Shown: positions 1-8,048 of the stretch, piece by piece
How positions within the stretch are numbered: the first letter of the stretch is position 1
Layout of the letters: every line of letters begins with the position of its first letter
Assembly (NCBI GenBank): GCA_937892405.1
Contig: CALAFS010000242.1
Span: 1-44,928 of the forward strand
DNA length: 44,928 nucleotides
Direction of reading: 5' to 3'
From: an uncultured Clostridia bacterium
GTDB taxonomy: Bacteria > Bacillota > Clostridia > Oscillospirales > CAG-272
The notes under the pieces: generated by a model
The model's database searches: none
Seen by the model: only the letters and a program-made list of their open reading frames with translations
What the model was told of the DNA's origin: nothing
Program-made: the position numbers and the translations under genes

Positions 1-445
1 CTCCCGGTACTTCGGCGCGCCGAAGTACAAACACAAAGGAGGCTTTGGCATGAAGCTTTGCCGTAGTGTTTCGATTTTTGCGGTGTGAAATAATATGCGT
101 AAAAAGCGGAAATTCCCCGAAAAAGCGTGTGGCGAAAGGTATGGCGTAACGGGTCGCCCTTGGCGCCGACCCCAACAAAGGGAGGGAGCGTTTTCGCCTT
201 AATTGTTCGTTTATCGGAAGATGGCGTAAAAGGCGGGCGACCGATGGTCGCCCCTACGATGGAAGTGGACGGAAACGACTCGAAAAAGCGTGTGATAAAG
301 GCTCGGCGTAACGGGTCGCCCTTGGCGCCGACCCCCACAGTGTCACCTCACGGTGCCGCGGTGAAATCCGACCTGCGGTCGGGTGAAATGCGCTTCGCGC
401 GTGAAATCGCTACGCGGTGAAATTCGCCTGCGGCGAGAGAAAAAT
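1..445. repeat. Mosaic REP-like intergenic repeat block (left flank of the ATPase locus)
   Basis: There is a 22-nt perfect palindrome GTACTTCGGCGCGCCGAAGTAC at 7-28. GC-rich hairpin units GGGTCGCCCTTGGCGCCGACCC occur at 151-173 and 313-336, and GGGCGACCGATGGTCGCCC at 235-253. Whole modules recur in the same orientation at 43845-44045 and 44332-44690. Confidence 0.85.
361..440. repeat. Four tandem units of GTGAAAT followed by a short GC hairpin
   Basis: GTGAAAT starts at 361, 383, 401 and 417. Each is followed by a small hairpin (CCGACCTGCGGTCGG, GCGCTTCGCGC, CGCTACGCG, TCGCCTGCGGCGA). A degenerate copy lies at 44598-44680. Confidence 0.6.
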
Positions 446-506
446 CATTCTGAATTCTTCATTCTTCATTCTGAATTCAACAAGTTCTGAATTCGATCAC
501 TTTTCC

Positions 507-2249
507 CTACCTTCTCTTTCCCCCGCACAACTTCGAGAACACGCGGCGGAGGATATCGAAGGGCAGTACCGTCGCGGCAAGCGCGATCACGGTAAAAAGA
601 TCCTTCGCGGCGAGCGGCTCCGTGCGGAAGAGCGCGCCGCCGTAATAGATCATCAATACCTGTATCACGGCGATCAGGAGAAGGATCAGGACAAAGGGCT
701 TATTCTTCCCGATCCCGGCGAAGACGCGCAGGCGCTCACTCCGTGCGCAAAGGCAGTTCGCAAGTCCCGCGAAAATGAAGAGCGCATAGAACGCCGTCAA
801 AAAGTAAACCTCACCGCCCCCACCGGAAAACAGGCGGCGGAACATCGGGGCGCGCAGAAAGAGCATGCACAGCGTGAGCGTGTAGGCACCGGTCAGGGCG
901 ATCTGCCCGATCATCTGCCGCGAAAGGATCGGCTCTTCTCTCTTCTTCGGCTTTTCCTTCATATAATAAATATGCGGTGCTTCCCCGGCGAAAGCAAGCC
1001 CGCCGAGCGTATCCATGATAATATTCACCCACAGCATCTGAATGATGGTGATCGGATTGTCGATCCCGATAAACTGACCGATCAGGGAAACACCGCAGGC
1101 GACAAGGTTCATAATCAGCTGAAAGGTGATGAACTTACGGATCGACTTGAAGATCGTGCGCCCATAGAGCACGGTCTTGCCGATGGCGGCGAAGCCGTTA
1201 TGTAAGATCACGATGTCTCCCGCATTCTTCGCGATGTCGGTGCCCGATCCCATGGCAAAGCCGACATCGGCGAGCTTTAAGGACGGGGCGTCGTTGATCC
1301 CGTCGCCCGTCATGCCGACGACGGCACCTGCCGACTCCGCGATGCGGACGAGGCGGGTCTTATCCTGTGGGAGAGCGCGGGCGATCACACGGATTCTCGG
1401 CAAGAGGTCGACAACCTCGGCATCTGTCATGGCGCGAAGCTCGTCGCACCCGAGCACAAGCTCCGAGGTGTTCGGACGATAGATGCCACATTCGGCGGCG
1501 ATGGCGGCGGCTGTCTCTTTTCCATCTCCTGTCACCATGACGACCTGAATCCCCGCGCCGCGTACTTCTCTCACCGCGCCCCGCACGCCGTGGCGCAGTT
1601 TATCCTTCAGAAAGAACAGTGCGAGAAAGATCATCGGCGAACTCTCCGCGCCGAAGCGGCAGGTCGCGGCGAGTACCCGCTCGCCGCGGGCGGCAGCGTG
1701 ACGGTATTCTTCCATGATCCCTGCGGGATCAAAGGCAACCGTCTGCCCGTCCTCCCGCATGGCATAATGCACACCGGAGAGTAAAATCTCGGGAGCACCT
1801 TTATAGAGCGTCAGCTTCGGCGTGCCGTCGAGGGTCACCGAAGAATATTTTCTGTCACTGGAAAAGGGCGTCTTCGCCACCGCATCGGCGGGCAGGGCGC
1901 GCATGTCGCGGAAAAAGGACGCAATGGCGCGGTCGGTGCCGTTGCCGCCCATGACCTCGTTTCCCGAGACGACGGCATCGGTGTTATACTTTGCCGAGGC
2001 GGTCAGAAGCTCGGCGACCCGCCCTGCCTTTTTGAGCGCCGCAGGCGTGCGATAGCACGCCTCCCCGGTCAGAATCCGCTCGCACTCGAGCTTCCCCGTC
2101 GTCAGCGTCCCCGTCTTGTCGGTAAACAAAAGATTCATCGACCCCGCCGTCTCGATACCGACGAGCTTTTTCACAAGGACACCGTCCTTCTGCATACGGC
2201 GCATGTTCGCACTCAATACGACGGTAATCATCATTGGCAAACCTTCCGG
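507..2249 (-). CDS. P-type cation (Ca2+-type, P2) ATPase, C-terminal part of a prophage-split gene
   Basis: This is the ORF-track ORF 507..2240, whose first codon is TTG (Leu in the intact gene). The PEG codons continue to 2249. Hallmark motifs are DKTGTLT, KGAPE, MVTGD and TGDGINDAPSLKLADVGFAMG, followed by C-terminal TM helices. The fragment begins abruptly at the TM4 PEGLP motif. Confidence 0.9.
   Translation of the reverse strand, partial: PEGLPMMITVVLSANMRRMQKDGVLVKKLVGIETAGSMNLLFTDKTGTLTTGKLECERILTGEACYRTPAALKKAGRVAELLTASAKYNTDAVVSGNEVMGGNGTDRAIASFFRDMRALPADAVAKTPFSSDRKYSSVTLDGTPKLTLYKGAPEILLSGVHYAMREDGQTVAFDPAGIMEEYRHAAARGERVLAATCRFGAESSPMIFLALFFLKDKLRHGVRGAVREVRGAGIQVVMVTGDGKETAAAIAAECGIYRPNTSELVLGCDELRAMTDAEVVDLLPRIRVIARALPQDKTRLVRIAESAGAVVGMTGDGINDAPSLKLADVGFAMGSGTDIAKNAGDIVILHNGFAAIGKTVLYGRTIFKSIRKFITFQLIMNLVACGVSLIGQFIGIDNPITIIQMLWVNIIMDTLGGLAFAGEAPHIYYMKEKPKKREEPILSRQMIGQIALTGAYTLTLCMLFLRAPMFRRLFSGGGGEVYFLTAFYALFIFAGLANCLCARSERLRVFAGIGKNKPFVLILLLIAVIQVLMIYYGGALFRTEPLAAKDLFTVIALAATVLPFDILRRVFSKLCGGKRR
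2242..2249. other. attL core (CCTTCCGG)
   Basis: The 8-bp sequence is identical to 42825-42832. It sits exactly where ATPase homology stops. Confidence 0.75.
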
Positions 2250-2259
2250 ATATAATCAC

Positions 2260-2268
2260 TTAGTAGAA
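2260..2268. repeat. attP-arm inverted repeat, right arm (TTAGTAGAA)
   Basis: This is the perfect reverse complement of TTCTACTAA at 42806-42814. Each arm lies exactly 10 bp from the core once the phage ends are joined. Confidence 0.65.
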
Positions 2269-2272
2269 TATA

Positions 2273-2300
2273 GGGGCATCGAGATTTGATGCCCCTTTTC
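2273..2300 (+). terminator. Rho-independent terminator-like hairpin
   Basis: Stem GGGGCATC (2273-2280), loop GAGATTT, stem GATGCCCC (2288-2295), then TTTTCATTTTA on the plus strand. The minus-strand reading has only a weak U-tract. Confidence 0.55.
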
Positions 2301-2369
2301 ATTTTATGCGGCGGTGGGATTTTTACCACACCATTCTTGTACAGGCACAGGTGAACCGAAGGCGCGCTA

Positions 2370-3275
2370 TTATGCCGCTTTTTCGCTCGCGCGAATTGCT
2401 TCTTCGAGAAAGTCCGACTGCACACTTATATAACCGACGGTGTCAACCGTGATATTCTCATACCCGAATTTATAACCGAAAAAACCGCGGGACACCATGG
2501 GGAGGATCTGCAAAAGCACTTTTGCGAAAGTCGCCCATGTGGGAGTCGTGACAACATCGAGCGCGATTGATACGGTAATGCCGGTTGTAAGAAGGTTCCG
2601 GAGAGAGCGTCCAAAAAAATCAATGGTGCGCTTTGCCTCGGGGGACATGCCGAGAGGTGCATGGCGTGATGTCCCTCTCCCTCTCCGGAAGATCATCTCA
2701 AAGGTAAGACGAATCGGCTTCATACGGTTCGCCCGGCAGATTACCTTTTTCTTCGCCTCGGACAATTCCGACATAGCTTTGACAGCTTTTCTGTCCTTTG
2801 CGAGATATTTCTCCGCATACTCTTCATAAGAGATACCTGCCTCCATCAGAACGGAAGTTTTTGCGTCACGGAATTCCCTCTCCACATATTCTTTGCAAAA
2901 GGCAGACACCGCGGTCTGAAGACTCCGATCAAGGACAGTCCTTTTCAGCTTATCATAGGCGGCAACCGTTGTCTGATAGAGCGAGGTGTTCTTTCCTGCG
3001 CGCGTGCCACTATCCACACCGCAGAGATACAAAAGGCAAGAACCGATAAAGAGCACACTGAATTCCAGCCCGAGAGATGCGATATCGGCAAAAGAGGAAA
3101 GGTGCACCTCGGTCGTCAGAACAACGAAAACAACAAAAAGCACAAATGCGGCAAGAAAGAATCCGCCGTAGTTGATTAAACTCTTCGCGATCTTTTTCTT
3201 TCCCGACTGCTCAAAGGTCAAAAGACGGTCGAGCCGCCCTTCCGACTCTGTCGACGCCTGCGGAATCATTTCCAC
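2370..3275 (-). CDS. Membrane protein of unknown function (last gene of the late operon)
   Basis: The 301-aa ORF has hydrophobic helices FFLAAFVLFVVFVVLTT, FSVLFIGSCLLYLCGV and LLTTGITVSIALDVV. I recognised no family. Confidence 0.6.
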   Translation of the reverse strand: MEMIPQASTESEGRLDRLLTFEQSGKKKIAKSLINYGGFFLAAFVLFVVFVVLTTEVHLSSFADIASLGLEFSVLFIGSCLLYLCGVDSGTRAGKNTSLYQTTVAAYDKLKRTVLDRSLQTAVSAFCKEYVEREFRDAKTSVLMEAGISYEEYAEKYLAKDRKAVKAMSELSEAKKKVICRANRMKPIRLTFEMIFRRGRGTSRHAPLGMSPEAKRTIDFFGRSLRNLLTTGITVSIALDVVTTPTWATFAKVLLQILPMVSRGFFGYKFGYENITVDTVGYISVQSDFLEEAIRASEKAA

Positions 3276-3640
3276 TCTTCTTCACCCGCCTTTTCCGTCT
3301 CTGTACCGACCCGATAGATCGCGGCTCCGATCACATTCGAGAGGAGTCCCCAAAAGGCGATGACGAGCATTTCGTCAATGATGTTGCGCAGAGCGAAAAG
3401 AGAAACAAAAAGTATGCACCACAAACTCCAAACCGACGGCGATTTCATGTATTCGCGCAGCTGCTTCAAAAAAGGAAGACAGGACAGCATTGCAAACAGC
3501 AGAAACAATCCGGAAACGGTTGCGTCGGAGCTTCTCTCGATCCAAACAGGAAACTGCGTCAGAGTCGCCGCCATCGGCACACTGACATCAAGGAAGATCG
3601 CCGCACCTTTCCATATCCGTCCTTTCGTCTTACGCTTCAT
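3266..3640 (-). CDS. Small multi-pass membrane protein (holin candidate by size and topology only)
   Basis: The protein is 124 aa from ATG 3640, with RBS AGAGGGAG upstream. The ORF-track start at 3712 lies inside the upstream gene. There are about three hydrophobic segments. Confidence 0.5.
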   Translation of the reverse strand: MKRKTKGRIWKGAAIFLDVSVPMAATLTQFPVWIERSSDATVSGLFLLFAMLSCLPFLKQLREYMKSPSVWSLWCILFVSLFALRNIIDEMLVIAFWGLLSNVIGAAIYRVGTETEKAGEEEWK

Positions 3641-4238
3641 CTTCGACTCCCTCTTCGCTTTCGGGAACTGTCTGTGTCTTGTCGAAAATTTCAAGCAGAG
3701 CTTTGTTATCACCGGTCAGCTTCAGACAGTTTGCGTATTTGATACTGATGAGATCCTTAATCCCTTGCGGAAGATTTTTCGAGTTTGCATAGACGGTTTG
3801 CAAAATTTCGAGTATCGCGGCATTCTGCGCAGTCATAACCACCATAAAGCGATCCCGCTCTCTGTCGAACACACCGTACTCTTTGATTTTGGACTCCATC
3901 GTGTTGTAGCCTTCGATCAGACGATTGACGGCATCGATCACAGAAGTCTGCTGTCCGCCGATCGTCTGCGTGCCTGTGGCGATTGTCGTCACCTTACCGA
4001 GAATCATACCGTTCCGTTTCTTCCCGCGGACATAGGTCGTAATAGCGGCGGCAAACATGAGAACATTTCCGGCGGCGGAAATCACGGTGTCTTTGTTCTC
4101 TTTCAGATACTCAAACACTCTCGTGAATAGCGTCTCGTCGGCAGCTGCCTCCGTTCCCTCCTCAAGTGCGAAAACCGGAACGGACACACACAGAAAGATG
4201 AGAACGATACAAAGGAGAGAAATACAGATCTTTTTCAT
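3630..4238 (-). CDS. Secreted or membrane-anchored protein of unknown function
   Basis: The 202-aa protein has a signal/anchor MKKICISLLCIVLIFLCVSVPVFA, a second hydrophobic stretch AAGNVLMFAAAITTYV, and an acidic C-terminus. Confidence 0.6.
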   Translation of the reverse strand: MKKICISLLCIVLIFLCVSVPVFALEEGTEAAADETLFTRVFEYLKENKDTVISAAGNVLMFAAAITTYVRGKKRNGMILGKVTTIATGTQTIGGQQTSVIDAVNRLIEGYNTMESKIKEYGVFDRERDRFMVVMTAQNAAILEILQTVYANSKNLPQGIKDLISIKYANCLKLTGDNKALLEIFDKTQTVPESEEGVEDEA

Positions 4239-4495
4239 TCTGTTGCCTCCCCGAGGTCGAGTCCCTCAATCTCTGCGCGCACCTCCAAAATGTCAAGATA
4301 TGCCCGCATGACATTTTCCTGTCTCTTCAAAAGAGCCGGAGGGCAGGACGGTGTGAATGAGAGCGTTCCCGCTTCATACTTTACCAGCATGCAATGCAGT
4401 TTTTCGGTGCGGGTTTTCGTCTGCTCATATTCGGCACGAAAGCGTTCTTTGTAGTCTTCGCTCGTCATCATTTTTACAGTATCGGACAGTTCCAT
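4235..4495 (-). CDS. Small helical phage protein (resembles crAss001_48-related small proteins; low certainty)
   Basis: The 86-aa ORF has an AAGGAG RBS 8 nt upstream of its ATG. The family assignment rests on recollection of the pattern KERFRAEYEQ...KL..ML...LLKRQENVMRAYLDILEVR. Confidence 0.55.
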   Translation of the reverse strand: MELSDTVKMMTSEDYKERFRAEYEQTKTRTEKLHCMLVKYEAGTLSFTPSCPPALLKRQENVMRAYLDILEVRAEIEGLDLGEATE

Positions 4496-4507
4496 TTTTT
4501 GTACTCC

Positions 4508-4960
4508 TTATGTAATATCATAGCCTTCGAGCAATGCTTCGTATTGCTCTTTCATTTTTTGCATCTCGCCGACAGCGGCGCGAAGCTCGGTGCGAAGAGC
4601 CTCAAGCTCTACACGAACAGCGGCGACAAACTCGGGAAGTCGCTCGTCGTTCGGTAAGAAAAGAAGTATGCTCTCCTCGTCTTTCAGAATGAATTCTTCG
4701 CAAAGCCATCTTGCGGAATCCTTTTTTCCATCGGGCACGATGACGGACACTCTGACTGTTCCGGTCAGCGCACCCGGTGCCTCGCATACTCCGGCGGACA
4801 ACTTTCGATAGAAGGTGTGACCGACTCTGTCGGAAAAAACGGCGGTCGCCCGGATCGGCGCTCCGTCAAAGCACACGACACAAGGCGTACGGTACGGCTG
4901 CGGTTGTCTCGTCAGAAGGACTCCCGTTCCGTTGTCAAGCAGTTTATACCGTATCTCCAT
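4508..4960 (-). CDS. Hypothetical phage protein with C-terminal coiled coil (fibre-associated position)
   Basis: The protein is 150 aa from ATG 4960, with RBS GAGGGAGA upstream. The ORF-track N-terminal extension to 5077 overlaps the upstream gene. Confidence 0.55.
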   Translation of the reverse strand: MEIRYKLLDNGTGVLLTRQPQPYRTPCVVCFDGAPIRATAVFSDRVGHTFYRKLSAGVCEAPGALTGTVRVSVIVPDGKKDSARWLCEEFILKDEESILLFLPNDERLPEFVAAVRVELEALRTELRAAVGEMQKMKEQYEALLEGYDIT

Positions 4961-5159
4961 CGGCTTCTTCTCCCTCTTCCTCGAACCACTCATCGCGAAG
5001 GAAGTCATTGCCGGCGGCAAAGAGCTCTTCTCTCTCCTTGCCATCGAAATCGTTGACCCACGCTTCTTCGGCGTCATGGATCTCCTCTTCGGTCAGGATT
5101 CCCTGGTTCATTTCTTCCGTGGCGGAAATCAGCCACCGCTCTTTTCTGAATTTTTTCAT
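4944..5159 (-). CDS. Small acidic hypothetical protein
   Basis: This 71-aa ORF is very acidic (EEEGEEADGD tail) and has a GAGG RBS upstream. Confidence 0.5.
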   Translation of the reverse strand: MKKFRKERWLISATEEMNQGILTEEEIHDAEEAWVNDFDGKEREELFAAGNDFLRDEWFEEEGEEADGDTV

Positions 5160-5172
5160 TTTGTTTTCCTCT

Positions 5173-6236
5173 CTACACGGTTTTTAATCTGATGGGTTTA
5201 TAACAAAGGCGTGTACTGATATGCGGAGCTTGAAGATTCGATTTGTAATCGGCGCGACAGCCCCATAAGCCAACGCCTGAACCGCCCTCGCTTGCCGACC
5301 CTACACGGAGCACCGTTCCAACATCATCGTAAAAACAGCTATCCCCGTAATATTGTGTAGAATAGCCTCCGGAAGCTGCGTGGAATAAAAGCAATCGTCT
5401 ACTCCCGATCAATCCTTCCACACGAATAATTCCGGTTTCTGTCGCACGGTTTCCCGCATAGAAATACGGCGCTGCATAGGTATCGCACGCGTAACGATCG
5501 GGATCGAAGCATAGATATATCTTTTCTTTCTGAAAATTGATTCCGTCTGTCAAAGTCCATGCGTTTCCCCACGGATTTTCGATCCCGCGTGATACTTGCA
5601 CACATGCAAACCGTCGAAGTTACTTACTTCAGACCCCGATGCCGTTCGGACGGAATCGGCACGACCCGTAAAAACAAGCGCGGAGCCGGTCGAATATCCC
5701 CTCATAACACTTTGCGAATTCGTAGTAGCGAATTCCACGGTAAAAAGCTGTTTGATAATGGCGTCTATTAAAAAATCATAAACCTGATATCCCTCTCCGT
5801 GCCTTTTTGCGGCTTCCCGAAACCATGTAAGGTTTCTTGATACCGCAACGGAACTCTGCGATCGGGAAAAAATATCATCTCCCTCCATGGTTGCATGATA
5901 TTTTCCGATCAGCACATATTCAAGCTCGTTTCCCTCTCCGTCGATAAAAAGGGTTGAAAAACCCGAGTGTCGGGTTCCCGAAATCCGCATATTCAGAGTG
6001 CCGTCCGGATTCTCTGTAATACAAGAGTAAAACTTCGGAATTCTTATGAAGATATTGCCGAGCCGATCCTTTACCTCCGTAATATCCGACCACGGGTAGC
6101 AATGATCGAAATCGCTGATAATTTCCTCCGAAAATACCCGATAGGTCAATCCGAAGGCGTCGTCCGTTCGGGAGAGCGCCGGATCTATTCTTCCAAGTCC
6201 GGCGACCCCGTAGATTTTTTCAAGCTCCTGCTTCAT
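5173..6236 (-). pseudogene. Fibre/receptor-binding-type protein, paralogue of 6246..7337, interrupted by a frameshift
   Basis: ORFs 5550..6236 and 5173..5601 lie in different frames. Together they align along the full length of the neighbouring 363-aa protein through YPWSDITEV, IPKFYS, GFSTLF, IDAIIKQLFTVEFATT, RGIENPWGN and RLCYKP. Relative to the paralogue's CCGCGATACTTG, this copy reads CCGCGTGATACTTG, with 2 extra nt at about 5590-5591. Confidence 0.65.
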
Positions 6237-6245
6237 GCCGTTCTC

Positions 6246-7337
6246 CTATACCGGCTTGTAGCAAAGACGACAGGTGGCATTGGCACTTGCACTGATACCG
6301 CCGAGACAAAAATTCCAAAGACCGCCGATAGTACCTGTATGATCTTCGTCGATGCCGTCACCGAATCCGCCGCCAACATACAAATATTTGTTCCCGCCTG
6401 AATAATGATAGATCCCATCATAGAAGACGGACGGAAGCGATCCTGAAGAAACGACAGAAGGCAGCAAGAGCAACGGAAAGCGTGAGACACATATCAAGCG
6501 TTTGATCTCATGTTTTCTTCCCGTGGTAACGGGAGGCAGATTCCCAGCAAGGGAATAACGGATCGTCGCGCTCACATAATTTGCATACGGCAAAAATGTA
6601 ATACCGTCGCAAAATACACGGCAGTTTCCCCACGGATTTTCGATTCCGCGATACTTGATAGCGCCACCGTCGAGAATTCCGTGCTCGCCGTCCGCGACAT
6701 TTCCGCCGGTAGGCTGCTCGACAGTATCCGTATATCCTGTACGCTGAGCAGCACTTCCGCAAAGGTTTCCGAGCAAAACACTTTTGCAACTGGTTGTTGC
6801 AAACTCCACCGTGAAAAGCTGCTTGATGATAGCATCGATCCAAATGTCATAAGAGCAGTATCCGTCTCCGTACTGAGACTGGATGCACTTAAACATGGTG
6901 TCAATATCAAACCCCGTTACAACGGACTTTCCGCTTTTAGAGAAAATCTCGCCATAATAATTATCCGCACCGTATACCTGGATATCTCCGCTGGACTCAT
7001 ATTTTCCGACGAGAATATAATCGATCTCTTCGCCGAGATCGTTCACAAACAGCGTCGAAAAGCCATCATAGCGAAGCCCCGAAATCTGAAGTTTCAGAGT
7101 GCCGTCAGAATTCTCCATAATGCGGGAATAAAACTTCGGGATTTTCATGAACACATTGTCGTGTTTATCTATCACTTCCGTAATATCCGACCACGGGTAA
7201 CAACGATCAAAGTCGCTCTGAATCTTCCCGTCGACGACCCCCGCCGTCAGCTCCGCGGCATCGTCCGTACGAACGAGGGTGCCGTTCATCGTCCCCATGC
7301 CGTCTACGCCGTATATTTTTGTTTTTTCGAGAATCAT
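6246..7337 (-). CDS. Fibre/receptor-binding-type structural protein
   Basis: The 363-aa ORF lies distal in the structural operon. It is a paralogue of 5173..6236 and has a Gly-rich C-terminal region ending RLCYKPV. Confidence 0.6.
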   Translation of the reverse strand: MILEKTKIYGVDGMGTMNGTLVRTDDAAELTAGVVDGKIQSDFDRCYPWSDITEVIDKHDNVFMKIPKFYSRIMENSDGTLKLQISGLRYDGFSTLFVNDLGEEIDYILVGKYESSGDIQVYGADNYYGEIFSKSGKSVVTGFDIDTMFKCIQSQYGDGYCSYDIWIDAIIKQLFTVEFATTSCKSVLLGNLCGSAAQRTGYTDTVEQPTGGNVADGEHGILDGGAIKYRGIENPWGNCRVFCDGITFLPYANYVSATIRYSLAGNLPPVTTGRKHEIKRLICVSRFPLLLLPSVVSSGSLPSVFYDGIYHYSGGNKYLYVGGGFGDGIDEDHTGTIGGLWNFCLGGISASANATCRLCYKPV

Positions 7338-7349
7338 ATTCTCCTCCTG

Positions 7350-8039
7350 TCAAAGCGCCGCAAGACGCACATTGATGTTGTTGACAGCTTCCCACAGCCT
7401 GCGGATCGCGTCATCGATTGCCCCACCCTTGGTGTAACCTCTCGCTTTTTCTGCCTCTTCAGCCAAATACTGAATCGGGTAAAGTGCTCTCTCGATGACA
7501 TTGAGCTGCATCCCTTCCGTCGGAACCTTTGCCGCAGATTGAGAAAGAATTTCTCCGTCCTCATTCTTGAGTTCTACCCGTGCCGTCAGAGTCGCAGGGT
7601 CAATGCAAAGTGTCACCGAATACATAGCCAACGCAACCAAAGACTCACGGATAGATGAGATCATCTCCGCAAGGTAATCAAACGCTCCTTGCGGATCGGC
7701 ACTCACTCCCGGCTCTGTGGCAATGGAAAGATGCTTTATGATGTCTCCCGAAAAAATGTAGTCGATGACATCCTTCAGCGTCATCTTCCCCGTATAGTTC
7801 TCGGGAACCTTAATCATCTCTATCGCTTCGTCCGAAGAAAGAGATGTTCGTATTCTATTAACCTGCTTTGCGAGCAGGATCGCCAAGCCGTCAAACCATA
7901 ATTTCAGTTCCTCGGCGGAAAGCCCGGCGACGCCGTAAGTGCTTGCCTTATTCGGTCGATCGGCAAGCGCTCCGACGCCTTTCGCCCGCAGGTTTTCGTC
8001 TGTAATCTCATCACAGACATGCTTTATTTCTTCGCTCAT
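7350..8039 (-). CDS. Virion (tail/fibre-associated) structural protein
   Basis: The 229-aa ORF lies between the 872-aa structural protein and the fibres. Its N-terminal motif GVGALADRPNKASTYGVAGLSAEELKLWFD is typical of phage appendage proteins; this is a recollection, not a search result. Confidence 0.5.
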   Translation of the reverse strand: MSEEIKHVCDEITDENLRAKGVGALADRPNKASTYGVAGLSAEELKLWFDGLAILLAKQVNRIRTSLSSDEAIEMIKVPENYTGKMTLKDVIDYIFSGDIIKHLSIATEPGVSADPQGAFDYLAEMISSIRESLVALAMYSVTLCIDPATLTARVELKNEDGEILSQSAAKVPTEGMQLNVIERALYPIQYLAEEAEKARGYTKGGAIDDAIRRLWEAVNNINVRLAAL

Positions 8040-8048
8040 GACAATCTC

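Noticed and set aside
127-420. ORF-track ORFs inside the flanking repeat blocks: 127..420, 43880..44098, 44028..44210, 44091..44513, 44426..44659 and 44539..44763.
   Set aside because: They are composed of the REP-like hairpin units, which translate to GRPMVAPT, GADPY and similar. They have no RBS and occur on both strands over the same DNA. I read them as artefacts of GC-rich repeats.
361-440. The tandem GTGAAAT-plus-hairpin units, considered as a possible mini CRISPR array.
   Set aside because: The units are only 16-22 nt long, there is no repeat-spacer alternation, and there are no cas genes. They are part of the dispersed REP-like family.
448-494. Three TTCTGAATTC decamers (448, 469, 485) just downstream of the ATPase stop codon, considered as a terminator or operator.
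   Set aside because: I could not fold a convincing stem plus U-tract, and no partner gene is evident. I left it uninterpreted as a minor local repeat.
5173-7337. A diversity-generating retroelement targeting the duplicated fibre C-termini.
   Set aside because: There is no reverse transcriptase ORF anywhere in the window. There is no template/variable repeat pair with adenine-specific differences. The two copies are ordinary diverged paralogues.
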